Part shown: positions 43,393 through 53,099 of the stretch, in pieces | Layout: every line of letters starts with the position of its first letter | Position numbering within the stretch: the stretch's first letter is position 1 | Source of the DNA: a virus | Taxonomy: Duplodnaviria; Caudoviricetes | DNA length: 53,099 nucleotides | Direction: 5' to 3' (one strand) | Virus record (IMG/VR): IMGVR_UViG_3300005613_000084 | Span: 1 to 53,099 of that record | Made by a program: the position numbers and the translations under genes | The notes under the pieces: generated by a model | Seen by the model: the letters and a program-made list of their open reading frames with translations, nothing else | Told to the model about the DNA's origin: nothing | Database searches by the model: none

Positions 43393-45724
43393 AAAGAGAC
43401 GCCTCAGAGTACCGTTCCCACTGGCTGGCTTGAATCGTCGGGCCGCCTTTCGGCAACAGCCGCCGTACACGTCGCCAGACATGAGTAACGTCTGGCCGAT
43501 CGGTACATTCGAGGAGCGTATGCGCGGCGGTAGCCGGCCAGGGTTAATCACATCGCACATTACGGACCTCGGAACGAACGTGCGGATGCTGTATAACATG
43601 ACTCTCGCGCTGGGCGACGACTTCACGGCGTGGTCTGATAATTTCGCTGGCTCCTCACTGGCGGCTGCCTGGGCCCAGGCGTCGTGGGCATCAGATACGC
43701 CGGACATCCTGCCATCTGCGATGGCCTCTATCGACTATTCGACCAGCGAAGGTGAGGTAGTTCGTGATGCCCTGTCGATCGACACGACGCAGGCATACAC
43801 GGTCGAGATGTTCATCGTGCCGTGGAGCGCTGAGTTTCACGGGCAATACAGGCTCTACCTCCGCCTGGACGACACGACACCGGCTTATGCGACGGATGGA
43901 GTGCAAGTTGAACTGACTATGACAGGCTCGGATGGCTCGTGGTCGGGAACATTGAAGTCGTACACGGGTTCGGTGGCCACAACGACTGACTCGGATACCG
44001 GCACCATCACCACGCCGGCCCCGGGTTGGCTCTCGGCTGTCGTGAGCGGTAATGACGTGGACGTGTATTGGCACGGCACAAAAATCCTCTCAGGAACCGT
44101 GGATGCCCATACTGGCGCTCGTGTCGGATTCGGAATGGAGTGTACGGAGAGTGGCGGTATCTGTCTGGTTAACACGTTCAGGGTCCAGTATTTCTCGACC
44201 AGCACGATCAGCGGCTCACGCACGATGCTTGTAGCCTCGGCGGGCGGTAACCTGTATTACGAGGACACCTACGGCACTATGACGCAGGTTGTTACGGACT
44301 TGACACTGCGGAGCGATGTGGGCTTGCAATGCGTCCAGAGCGGGCAGAAGTTATACATCGCAGACTACGGGCTGCGGGTGACGGGCACTGACGGGACGGT
44401 CTCGGGGAGCGATCTGGACGCGGCTGGTGTGGCTGATTGGACGGCTCACTCCATCGACCCGCACGACGACGTGGTTGTAATCTCAAATGTAGGTGGAGAC
44501 ACTACGGCCGGTACGTACACGATTGATTCAGTTGCGGCCGGGGCACTGACGCTCACGGCAGCACCAGGCGACGGAACCTGCACGTATCGAGTGGAGCGTG
44601 CGCCGAAGGTGTACGACCCAAGTGCAGGTACACTGTCAATCCTCACAGCCGAAGGCGCACCAACTCTGCAAGTGCCGACCGGCTGTCCACTGATTGCACG
44701 GTTTTTAGATCGGATTGTCCTCGGTGGCGCAGACACAGCACCGCACGTCTGGTATATGGCTCGTCAAAGTGACGAAGATGATTGGGATTATTCGCAGACC
44801 GACAGCCAACGGGCTGTGGCCGGCACCGCTTCTGAGGCCGGGACGCCTGGCGACCCGCTGACCTCACTTATCGCGCATAGTGACGACTACCTAATTCTGG
44901 GTTGTCGTACTGAGGTTTGGATGATGCGCGGCGATCCGGTCTACGCGCCGGACCTGGATTCGGTCAGCCACACGGTCGGGATTATTGGCCCGGAGGCTCG
45001 GTGTATCGGCCCGGCCGGCGAGTTGATCTTCCTGACTTTAGACGGCTTGTATGCCCTTCCACCCGGTGGCAATTCGGAGCCGATCCCGCTGTCGCGCGAA
45101 GTGCTGCCGGAAGAGTTTGCGAACCTGCACCCCGAGACAACCACTGTACTCCTAGAATTTGATACGGAGAACCATGGTGTCCATATCTTCCTGTCGCCGG
45201 ATTCATCGAATGCTAGGACGCACTGGTGGTTTGATTGGACGAATAAAACGTTTTGGCCCATCACGCTTTCATCTAACCACGAACCTCTGGCGGCCTGCGC
45301 GGTCCAAGGCACGAATGTCGAAGATTCGGCGGTTGTATTGGGTTGTCGAGACGGCTATCTTCGACGGTTCTCTGGGCTTGCGGAAAATGACTGCGGGACG
45401 GCGTATGCGACATACGTTGAGATCGGCCCGATACCATTGGCGGCAGATGGCAAATTCGGGACGATTCTATCCCTGGACGGGGTGCTTGCCGCCGATAGTG
45501 CTGACGCAACGTGGTCGATCCATCCGGCGCAGACTTTCGAGGAGTCGACCACGGCCGCGTCAGTAGCCTCAGGGACGTGGAGCGGTGGCCTGAACGCTTC
45601 AGTACACCGGCTGGGCCGCGGGCAGGCCGCGATTCTGAAGATCACAGGGACCTCAGGCCGGGCTTGGGCGTACGAGCAGTCCACGATGGACGTGGTTGAC
45701 TCTGGCCGGCGGAGGATCGCCTGA
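43385..45724 (+). CDS. Tail nozzle / tail tubular B-like (P22 gp10-like) protein
   Basis: PFPLAGLN N-terminus, RGGSRPG, beta-rich 779 aa; podoviral synteny. Confidence 0.7.
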   Translation: MAKKRRLRVPFPLAGLNRRAAFRQQPPYTSPDMSNVWPIGTFEERMRGGSRPGLITSHITDLGTNVRMLYNMTLALGDDFTAWSDNFAGSSLAAAWAQASWASDTPDILPSAMASIDYSTSEGEVVRDALSIDTTQAYTVEMFIVPWSAEFHGQYRLYLRLDDTTPAYATDGVQVELTMTGSDGSWSGTLKSYTGSVATTTDSDTGTITTPAPGWLSAVVSGNDVDVYWHGTKILSGTVDAHTGARVGFGMECTESGGICLVNTFRVQYFSTSTISGSRTMLVASAGGNLYYEDTYGTMTQVVTDLTLRSDVGLQCVQSGQKLYIADYGLRVTGTDGTVSGSDLDAAGVADWTAHSIDPHDDVVVISNVGGDTTAGTYTIDSVAAGALTLTAAPGDGTCTYRVERAPKVYDPSAGTLSILTAEGAPTLQVPTGCPLIARFLDRIVLGGADTAPHVWYMARQSDEDDWDYSQTDSQRAVAGTASEAGTPGDPLTSLIAHSDDYLILGCRTEVWMMRGDPVYAPDLDSVSHTVGIIGPEARCIGPAGELIFLTLDGLYALPPGGNSEPIPLSREVLPEEFANLHPETTTVLLEFDTENHGVHIFLSPDSSNARTHWWFDWTNKTFWPITLSSNHEPLAACAVQGTNVEDSAVVLGCRDGYLRRFSGLAENDCGTAYATYVEIGPIPLAADGKFGTILSLDGVLAADSADATWSIHPAQTFEESTTAASVASGTWSGGLNASVHRLGRGQAAILKITGTSGRAWAYEQSTMDVVDSGRRRIA

Positions 45725-48700
45725 TGGTGCGTCGTCGCATTCCACATCCGAACGTACCGACTGAGGTACGCCAGGCGTTTCAGCGAGCCACAGAGGATAC
45801 TAGTATCCTCACGGACGGCGCGGCTGGCGAGGTGCTGGTTGGGGTCGGGGTCGGATCGACTCCGGCCTGGGGTACGAGCCTGACGGCCTTGACGCTGTTG
45901 ACGTGCGACAACATCACGATCAATGGCGCAGCTATCACGAGCGACACCGGGGCGATCAGTTTCGGTAATGAGAATCTGTCGACGACTGGGACGATTGGTG
46001 GTGTAAACGTCACGAGCGGGGCGGACCCTGGGCACACCCATACTGGCGCGAGTCTCAGCGGGATTGACATCTCAGCCGATACGAACCTCGCGGTTACGGC
46101 TCCGATCGTACTGACGGACGATACGCTAAGTCTGAATCAAGCGGGCATTGACCACGGTTCCTTGGGGGGACTGATGGACGACGACCACACGCAATATCTG
46201 CTTGCAGACGGCTCTCGCGACCTGACGGGCGACTTATCTGTCGATGCTGGGATTACGATCGACGGCCGTGACATTTCCGCTGACGGTGCGTTATTGGATG
46301 AGGCATACGGCTGGGGTGACCACGGGAGCGAGCCGTACTTGTGGTCGAGCGACACGGGGACGGCATGGACCGACCTCGGTACGATGTTCAGCCAGACGAA
46401 AATTTGGTGCCTGGAATACGTCGGTAGCGGAGTCGCGCTAGCTGGGACATATAACGGCGGGAAGGTGCTTCGGTCGACAGACTATGGAGCCAATTGGTCG
46501 GATCTCGGGCAGCAGGCCAGCGAGCAAAGCATCCGAAGTTTATGTAATCTCGGAAGCGGGATTGTTATTGGCGGGACCGGAGCTAACGGTAAGATTATCC
46601 GTTCGACAGACTACGGCGCAACGTGGAGCGATCTCGGGCAGCAACATAGCTGTGCGTGGATTTATTGCCTCGCGGATTGTGGTAGTGGGATTGTAATTGC
46701 GGGTACGTCGGCTAGCGGCAAGATTTTACGATCCACTGATTCTGGCGCGACGTGGAGCGATCTTGGCTCGCCGGACGGCGGCACTTCGACGCAAGTATAC
46801 TCAATCATCTATCTCGGGAGCGGAATCGCCCTAGCCGGGACGACAGGCACGGGTAAGGTCTTTCGGTCTACGGACTACGGCGCAACGTGGTCCGACCTTG
46901 GGCAGCAACACAGCGTGGATGGCGTGCGCTGCTTTGTTCACCTCGGTAGTGGCACGGTGCTGGCGGGAACTGGTAACGGCGGCAAGTTACTGAAGTCGAC
47001 GGACTGGGGAGCGAACTGGACAGACGAGGGGCAGGTTGGAGCGGAGACGAAGTTTGGCTACTTCGCTTATACGGGGACCGTGTTGATTGCCGGATTCAAC
47101 GACAGCGGGCGCGTTTACGTCTCGACTGACGATGGTGATACCTGGACGAACTTGGGAGTACAAGGCAGCGCGGCTGGTATCCTTAGCGCAGCCTACCTGG
47201 AAAATGACATTTCCGTTATCGGCACCAGAGATAATGGGAAGATTTTGCGGTCCACGGGATATTCCACTACGTCAGTAACGCCCGCGAATTGGGACGCGGC
47301 TTACGACGCGATCGGAAAGGCGGCGGTTGATTCGAGCGCGACGGCCGACTACCTGGGGGCCGCGTCGAACGATGGCGTACTGCGGACAGGCAGCGGGCTT
47401 AGTTACTACGATGGTGGGGACTACGTTACGCTGGCCCTCGACATTAATGGGCTGGCGGCGGTTTCTCCGGTGGTTGCTGCCGACGCAATACCAGTCTATG
47501 ACGAGACGGCCGGGGCTTCTCGAAAGGTTACGTTTGCGAACCTGGAGAGTTCACTCAGCCACGACTCGCTTGGTGGTTTCGTTGCGGCGGAGCATGTCTC
47601 GCTACCGAATACGATAGCTAATGTCCTCACGGACCATACTCTCGCGGCTCACACGGCGCTGGGGCTCCAGGAAGTAGTCACGGACGACACGACATACTAT
47701 ATCTCTACGACTGGGAACGATTCGACTGGTGACGGGTCAAGTGGCAGTCCGTGGGCAACGCTCGACAAGGCGCTAACTACCATTGAGTCTAAGCTTATTG
47801 CTGGTGATTCGACAGTGACGATCATCTTCAAGGATGGTACCTATACTATCGGTTCTGCCGACACACTGAACCATGTGAACGGCGACCAAATTGAAATCGA
47901 GGGCGAGAACAGCTACGACATTACACTGTCGTCAATTCAGAGTTCTGGCGGCGCAGCCGGCGCATGGTCGATCGTCCTGAATGTTAGCGATGTGTCGAAT
48001 TGCGCTGTGAATGATTATGTCCTCATTCCGTATAGCGCGGCAGGTGGTACCCGCCCTGAGACGCTGTGCGGCTGCCATAAGATCACGAATGTCGATGTTC
48101 CGAATACACGAATTACCGTAACGTCCAAGAGTCTTCATACTGCCGCGCCAAGCGGGGCCGTTGCCGGGACGATCACAGTTATCAAAACGATGCTCTCCTA
48201 TTCGGCGGCTGGCTGCGATGGGATCATTATTGACTACGGGAAATCACTCGGGAACCTGGATAAGCTCGTACTTGTTGGTGGCGCAGCGAATAACGGCATT
48301 ACAGTTCGTGCTCGTGCGTTTTTCCAAGGTGGTACGCAACTTGGAATTGATGGCTTCAGTTATGGCTTAGAAGCCCTGAATTCAACCATTGTACAAGCCG
48401 GATACCTCATTGTCTCCGGGGCAGCTTCTCGCGGCGTGAATGCCTATTGGACAGATACTACCTATCTCTCTTATGGGGTCTTCTCGGGATGTGGCGCATA
48501 CGGTGTGGTCGTCGAATCATGCAGGGCGTTGCTGTATGCTGCTGTTGCGAGTGGTAATGTGAACGGAGTCTATGGACAGATTAGCGCTACGATTTCAATG
48601 AGGACCCCAGCAAAGATCACATACAACACAACGACAGGTCTAAAAGCGTGGCTTAATTCTATCGTAGATGCCGCAACAGCAACCTGCGCCAATAATGGTA

Positions 48701-48759
48701 CGGATTTCTCTCCGGCAGCAAATACTCTTGGTAGTGTCGAGAGTTACATCAGGAACTAG
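45724..48759 (+). CDS. Tail fibre/spike with BNR/Asp-box propeller repeats and C-terminal beta-helix
   Basis: DHGSLGGLMDDDHTQYL fibre motif; about seven RSTDYGATWSDLG-type repeats; YYISTTGND...GSSGSPWATL motif. Confidence 0.85.
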   Translation: MVRRRIPHPNVPTEVRQAFQRATEDTSILTDGAAGEVLVGVGVGSTPAWGTSLTALTLLTCDNITINGAAITSDTGAISFGNENLSTTGTIGGVNVTSGADPGHTHTGASLSGIDISADTNLAVTAPIVLTDDTLSLNQAGIDHGSLGGLMDDDHTQYLLADGSRDLTGDLSVDAGITIDGRDISADGALLDEAYGWGDHGSEPYLWSSDTGTAWTDLGTMFSQTKIWCLEYVGSGVALAGTYNGGKVLRSTDYGANWSDLGQQASEQSIRSLCNLGSGIVIGGTGANGKIIRSTDYGATWSDLGQQHSCAWIYCLADCGSGIVIAGTSASGKILRSTDSGATWSDLGSPDGGTSTQVYSIIYLGSGIALAGTTGTGKVFRSTDYGATWSDLGQQHSVDGVRCFVHLGSGTVLAGTGNGGKLLKSTDWGANWTDEGQVGAETKFGYFAYTGTVLIAGFNDSGRVYVSTDDGDTWTNLGVQGSAAGILSAAYLENDISVIGTRDNGKILRSTGYSTTSVTPANWDAAYDAIGKAAVDSSATADYLGAASNDGVLRTGSGLSYYDGGDYVTLALDINGLAAVSPVVAADAIPVYDETAGASRKVTFANLESSLSHDSLGGFVAAEHVSLPNTIANVLTDHTLAAHTALGLQEVVTDDTTYYISTTGNDSTGDGSSGSPWATLDKALTTIESKLIAGDSTVTIIFKDGTYTIGSADTLNHVNGDQIEIEGENSYDITLSSIQSSGGAAGAWSIVLNVSDVSNCAVNDYVLIPYSAAGGTRPETLCGCHKITNVDVPNTRITVTSKSLHTAAPSGAVAGTITVIKTMLSYSAAGCDGIIIDYGKSLGNLDKLVLVGGAANNGITVRARAFFQGGTQLGIDGFSYGLEALNSTIVQAGYLIVSGAASRGVNAYWTDTTYLSYGVFSGCGAYGVVVESCRALLYAAVASGNVNGVYGQISATISMRTPAKITYNTTTGLKAWLNSIVDAATATCANNGTDFSPAANTLGSVESYIRN

Positions 48760-48761
48760 CC

Positions 48762-50135
48762 ATGTCCGGTGCATACGTAGCAAAAGCTGCCGAGACTTCC
48801 TCGCTGAGCGTCCCGCCCGGTTGGGATATAGATTGGCCATTTCCGGGACCGTACCCGCCGGGGTATGAGCCAGATTTCGACCTTACCATGACAGCGCCAA
48901 CAAGTATGTTTCCTGGTGGCGTGACGGTTGATATTGATTCTGAACTTGTTGACAACGAATCATACGAGACAAACGAACCAGACAATGGCCTGACGTGGAC
49001 AGCGGCATGGGGCGATACTGAAGAGGCCGTTGAGATTAGGTCGCCGGGTGGCGAATGGATGGCGAGCGTTAGTGAGTCGTATGCAAACATAGACGATTAC
49101 TGGGGCACTGCTACGGAGTTGCAATTCAATACCGAAGAGAGCGATATTGGGCGAACCGTCGTAGTGAGCGTGTCGAGCACTCCGTTCACTGGGTACGATG
49201 TTTCGGACGTTGCAAGCATTGTAGTTATGATAGATGTTCCGTCTGAAAGTTGTGAAGAAGATTGCGATCGCCCGGAAGCAACTGGATGCATAGATGATTG
49301 CAGTAACGCGGTCGCTGCCGCGGCGAATCCGGCAACTACAGCAATCGGGTCCTACAACGCTAATGCGTGCCAAAAGAATCCAGCAGCGGCATGTACTGAA
49401 GCCCAGCGAACCGCAGCAACGGACGCCGGAGACGCCGCAAGTTTACTGCGCGCAGAGTGGGTTACACTGTGGAGTAGTTATTGCACTGCCGTAGAGCTTG
49501 TGGCGCAGCTTACTTGCGAACTTGATGAGCTTACTTGCACGCTCAATGAAGCGGAAGGCTCTTCGCAGGCAATCATTGACGAAATAGAGGCAGATATAGC
49601 GGCGAAGGAGGCCGAGATTACAGCCGCCGAAAGTGACAGGGACGCCAAGCTAGTGCTTGCTGATAGTAAGAGTGACGAGGCAGACACTAAGGCTGACGAG
49701 TCGATGGCTCTTGCTGACCTCGCTGCGCCGCATAGTTGTCAATATTTGTTTTCTAGTGCTCCTGGGACGGAGGCGCTAGTTGATTACGCTTGTGCGAGCC
49801 TTGGGCCAACGTGCGGCGGCAGGGAGCCACTACGATGCTATGTAAGGTGGTATGTTCAGCAGAAAACTAATCAGACCATTTGCGCCGGCGGCTCACACAT
49901 TGGCGATTGGTCGACTCGAATGTCTGGCCAATATACGGCGGCAGGTAAGCCATTTGTTACATATCTACCCGGATGCAGCGGGGTTCCGTACTATGCGTGC
50001 TCGTGCTATGGCGCTTGCGGGAGTTGCGTAGATGGGGGTGCTTGTGCTAGCGGTTGTACAAGCTCGTATGTGTACGATGTTAGGCTTCTAAAATACTACC
50101 CAGAAACGACCGACGAGGGAGAGACGTGCTGCTGA
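48762..50135 (+). CDS. Cys-rich acidic virion-associated protein
   Basis: About 23 Cys concentrated after residue 160; central acidic coiled coil. Confidence 0.7.
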   Translation: MSGAYVAKAAETSSLSVPPGWDIDWPFPGPYPPGYEPDFDLTMTAPTSMFPGGVTVDIDSELVDNESYETNEPDNGLTWTAAWGDTEEAVEIRSPGGEWMASVSESYANIDDYWGTATELQFNTEESDIGRTVVVSVSSTPFTGYDVSDVASIVVMIDVPSESCEEDCDRPEATGCIDDCSNAVAAAANPATTAIGSYNANACQKNPAAACTEAQRTAATDAGDAASLLRAEWVTLWSSYCTAVELVAQLTCELDELTCTLNEAEGSSQAIIDEIEADIAAKEAEITAAESDRDAKLVLADSKSDEADTKADESMALADLAAPHSCQYLFSSAPGTEALVDYACASLGPTCGGREPLRCYVRWYVQQKTNQTICAGGSHIGDWSTRMSGQYTAAGKPFVTYLPGCSGVPYYACSCYGACGSCVDGGACASGCTSSYVYDVRLLKYYPETTDEGETCC

Positions 50136-50440
50136 TGGATTGGCCTGAATGTAAATACCGCAATGACGGACGGCCCGCCTCCATTCGAGCTTGCTTCAAG
50201 AAGCGGGTTACTTGTACGGCAGCCCAATGCGTAGAGTGTGACGCCAGAAAAGCAGGAAAGTCTTCTTGGCTGCCCAGCGAACCGTCGCGTGGGTTCGGAG
50301 ATGTAGTGGCTAAGATAACGCACGCTACGGGGATCGACAGGGTAGTCACAATGGTTACGAGTGCTATCGGCATGAAAGATTGTGGATGCAAAAAGCGGCA
50401 AGAACGACTGAACCAGATATTTCCATTCAATAAGGGGTAG
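50126..50440 (+). CDS. Small Cys-rich phage protein
   Basis: RGFGDVVAKITHATGI...DCGCKKRQERLN motif. Confidence 0.75.
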   Translation: MLLMDWPECKYRNDGRPASIRACFKKRVTCTAAQCVECDARKAGKSSWLPSEPSRGFGDVVAKITHATGIDRVVTMVTSAIGMKDCGCKKRQERLNQIFPFNKG

Positions 50441-50443
50441 GCG

Positions 50444-51070
50444 ATGCTTGGGAGTTACGGCGGCAGGAGTGCGAGCATACTAGGGGGCGGTGGGTTTGGC
50501 GTATCAACAACCACTGACCCCTGGGGGCGCACGTCGTCAAATTATGATGCTGGCGCAGCTATGCAACAGCGCCTTGCGCAGGAGCAATGGGATTTCGAGA
50601 GGCAGAAATATCAGAACGAGCTACAGCAGTCCAAGGCGGCTGGGACTAGCCTCAGTAAGCTCATCAATCAGTATAACCAGGGTTGGGGTGAGGCGAAGGC
50701 TGCGAACGAAGCCCGCTATCAGCAGGGACTCGGGATCATCGACCAGACCACTGGCCAGCGTGAGGCGGATATCCGGAGCGATTACGCCGGGCAGCGGTCG
50801 GACATGATGCAACAGCTTGCTAGGACCGGCATGGGGAATACTACTATTTCCCCGACACTCGGTCTCGGTGTCGAGCGCGAGAAGCAATCGGCACTAAACC
50901 GCCTGGCTGATAGCCTGCAAGGTACCAAGCTTGGGTGGATCGAACGTCGCGAGGATGAGTATCCCGAAAGTGACATGATTATCTCACTCATCAACCAACT
51001 CGGAAAGGGTTCCGGTGGGCAGAGTGGTTCGCAGGCTTATAGCGCTATTGGAAATATGAGGATCGCCTAA
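50444..51070 (+). CDS. Putative DNA-ejection/internal virion protein
   Basis: Gly/Gln-rich helical protein; first of three coupled genes ending the virion module. Confidence 0.6.
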   Translation: MLGSYGGRSASILGGGGFGVSTTTDPWGRTSSNYDAGAAMQQRLAQEQWDFERQKYQNELQQSKAAGTSLSKLINQYNQGWGEAKAANEARYQQGLGIIDQTTGQREADIRSDYAGQRSDMMQQLARTGMGNTTISPTLGLGVEREKQSALNRLADSLQGTKLGWIERREDEYPESDMIISLINQLGKGSGGQSGSQAYSAIGNMRIA

Positions 51071-52197
51071 TGGGAATTCGAGTCAAACATGGAGAAGGCG
51101 ACATTTCGGCCCTGGCCGGGCTTGCTGCGTTGGCTGGAGCTACTGAGGCCCGGACGCCACAAGCGCCGCAAGTATCGCCGCAAGGGGCGCCGCGAGGTGG
51201 TGGCGGTGGTGGCGACAGGCGGTCTGGGGTGAGCCGCGGCCCGACGCTGGCTGACTATGGACAGCTTCATTACCCAAGCGATCGCGAACGGGCTGCCGAG
51301 GCGAAGACTCGGGAGATGGAGTATCAGCAGCGGTTGATTAAGCAGGAAGAAGCCCAAAAGCGAGCGATCCCGGTCGACTTCAAGTATACGCCGAAGCAGC
51401 GCGCGAAGATTGCGCATCTCCAGAACAGCAAGCAACAAATGCAGGCTAGTGAGAGATTTTCGCCACAAGAAAAAGAAATGTTATCGCATAAATATGATGC
51501 GGAAATCGACGCGATCAAGCCGACTGGAATCCCTCGCGACCCCAACGCTCCACAGTACCCGGAGGGCCGCGGGCCTGGTGATACGTTCCAAGAAGCAGAT
51601 GGTGCGTGGTATACGATCGACGAAAAAGGTGTGAAGAAACTTCTGTCGCGTTATGACCAAACGCGCGAAGGGATTGAGCAGAAGGCAGCCGCAGCGCATG
51701 ACCTCAAACTTCTTGATCTGCGCCATAAGCTGGCCACTGAGCAAATTGAAGCTGGCATAGGGAAGGATGGATTGCCAATCAAGCGCTATCGCACTAGCGA
51801 AGAGATTGACGAGAGAATGGCGATCATTTCTAACGAGCAGCCAGAGGTTGAGTACCGTGAAGACCTGGAGCCTGTATTACGCAAGATGGTGGCGGACCGC
51901 AAGAAGGGAGAGGAATCAGAGAAACCCAAGGGTCCTGATTACGTTAGTCGAGACAAATCAGGGAAGCCAAAGGGTCGCAAATATCTCTCCCGCGCAAGAA
52001 GCATGGGTATAAAAACGACAGAAGCCGAAGAGGGAATGCCGCGAGACGTTGGGATTGCCCAGGCATTCCTGCGTACGATTCAGGGGCGATTGCTCGCCGG
52101 GTATGAGCCCTCAGGACGAATAGCAGATGCGATTGATGAGGCAACCGCTATCGTCGAATGGTATGCCATCACACAGGGAGAGCAAGGTGCCGATTGA
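51070..52197 (+). CDS. Putative DNA-ejection/internal virion protein
   Basis: TAATG-coupled; charged helical protein. Confidence 0.6.
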   Translation: MGIRVKHGEGDISALAGLAALAGATEARTPQAPQVSPQGAPRGGGGGGDRRSGVSRGPTLADYGQLHYPSDRERAAEAKTREMEYQQRLIKQEEAQKRAIPVDFKYTPKQRAKIAHLQNSKQQMQASERFSPQEKEMLSHKYDAEIDAIKPTGIPRDPNAPQYPEGRGPGDTFQEADGAWYTIDEKGVKKLLSRYDQTREGIEQKAAAAHDLKLLDLRHKLATEQIEAGIGKDGLPIKRYRTSEEIDERMAIISNEQPEVEYREDLEPVLRKMVADRKKGEESEKPKGPDYVSRDKSGKPKGRKYLSRARSMGIKTTEAEEGMPRDVGIAQAFLRTIQGRLLAGYEPSGRIADAIDEATAIVEWYAITQGEQGAD

Positions 52198-53099
52198 CCT
52201 TGATGTTCTGAAGTTCGCTCGTCAATATCGCGATGAAGCGCCCGCGGTACGCAGGGGTGGCCAGGTCGATCCTAGCTTAATTGAGTTTGGTCGTAATCTG
52301 AGTACGCAACTTCATCAAAAGCAACCGCAACCGGAGCGCCAAGAGTTGACGGAAGCGGAGCGCCGTCAGTCGATGCAAATCATCGAGCGCGAGAGACTGC
52401 TGGCGCAGGCCAGTAAGACGCTTGGCGAATCGAATCTACCTGGAGTCAAGGCGTATGCGATCCAGGCCGGCGGTGACCTTACTGCGCTAGGTGCTCGGCT
52501 GATCGGTAAAGATGAGTATGCCGATCGGATGAATCGCTTCACTGACGCTATCGAGGAAGTACAGCGTAAGCGTGAGCGCGGCGGAATCGTTCCTGACGTG
52601 ATTCAGAGTGGTGTGCGTGGGGCTGGGCGTTCGCTTACGACAATGGGGGCAGCCGGAATGGTTGGTGGTCCAGCCGCAGCGATCGCAGCCGCTTCCACTC
52701 AAGAGGCGAACCGAGCCATCACTGAGGGGCGGGACGCCGGACTGAAGGGCACTAAACTGGCCAGCTATGCGGTCGGCCAGGGCGTCATTGAGGGGGTTCC
52801 GGCTGCTGTTATGCAGCGAATGGGCCTTGGTGGCGTGGAGTCTATGGTTGCCGGCAAGCAGGCCGTGGCGAGTGGCGTTCGTGAAGGGCTGAAGCGGATA
52901 GGGATGGCAATCGCGCAGGAAGTCCCAGAAGAGCTTGTGACTGAGATCAGTCATAGCGTAGCTGCGAAGGTGGCTGATGTTGATCCGGAGGCTTTAACTA
53001 AGGATTCTCTTCGCCAGGTAGTCAACGAGACGACGGTCCAGACCGTTATTGCCACGGCTTTTGCTGGGTCTCCCGGGGTCATGCGGCAGATGAGTCGTG
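52187..53099 (+). CDS. N-terminal part of the ~1454-aa internal virion protein (continues to 3575)
   Basis: GGGAG RBS, GTG 52187; no in-frame stop to the window end; in frame with ORF 105..3575. Missed by the ORF track. Confidence 0.85.
   Translation, partial: MPIDLDVLKFARQYRDEAPAVRRGGQVDPSLIEFGRNLSTQLHQKQPQPERQELTEAERRQSMQIIERERLLAQASKTLGESNLPGVKAYAIQAGGDLTALGARLIGKDEYADRMNRFTDAIEEVQRKRERGGIVPDVIQSGVRGAGRSLTTMGAAGMVGGPAAAIAAASTQEANRAITEGRDAGLKGTKLASYAVGQGVIEGVPAAVMQRMGLGGVESMVAGKQAVASGVREGLKRIGMAIAQEVPEELVTEISHSVAAKVADVDPEALTKDSLRQVVNETTVQTVIATAFAGSPGVMRQMSR
52977..53099. repeat. Terminal direct repeat (circular assembly overlap), copy 2
   Basis: Identical to 1-123. Confidence 0.97.

Noticed and set aside
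45724-48759. Diversity-generating retroelement target in the tail fibre
   Set aside because: No reverse transcriptase and no template/variable repeat pair with adenine-specific mismatches. The helicase duplicate's mismatches are also not adenine-specific.

Overview
The window is an apparently complete, circularly assembled temperate dsDNA phage genome of about 52,976 bp; bases 1-123 repeat exactly at 52977-53099 and the junction falls inside a gene. The morphogenesis module is podovirus-like: terminase, portal, scaffold, capsid, adaptor, nozzle, tail fibres and large ejection-type proteins, with no tape measure or tail tube recognised. Module order: putative lysis cassette with a lipoprotein serine protease-thioredoxin and no recognisable endolysin (3.6-5.3 kb); integrase/repressor/excisionase (5.7-7.9 kb); recombination and replication (AAA_24 ATPase, DUF669 SSB, PD-(D/E)XK nuclease, SF2 helicase, primase-polymerase, RusA; 8-17.8 kb); nucleotide enzymes and a DNA methyltransferase (18-22 kb); a minus-strand operon of small genes (22.1-26.0 kb); a 1.3 kb non-coding control region; and late genes (27.4-53.1 kb). 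A Planctomycetota host is inferred, not shown. The most unusual part is the minus-strand operon. Its mini-genes are joined by a repeated ~26-nt stop/RBS/start linker. One mini-gene below the ORF-track cutoff carries an in-frame 59-nt copy (49/59 nt, 17/20 aa) of the phage helicase motif VI, and another resembles a miniature DUF669 SSB. These may be decoys or mimics of replication proteins. Also seen: a thrice-repeated bipartite late-promoter-like motif and a tRNA-like element abutting an Endo VII gene. Family assignments come from motifs read by eye; no searches were run.
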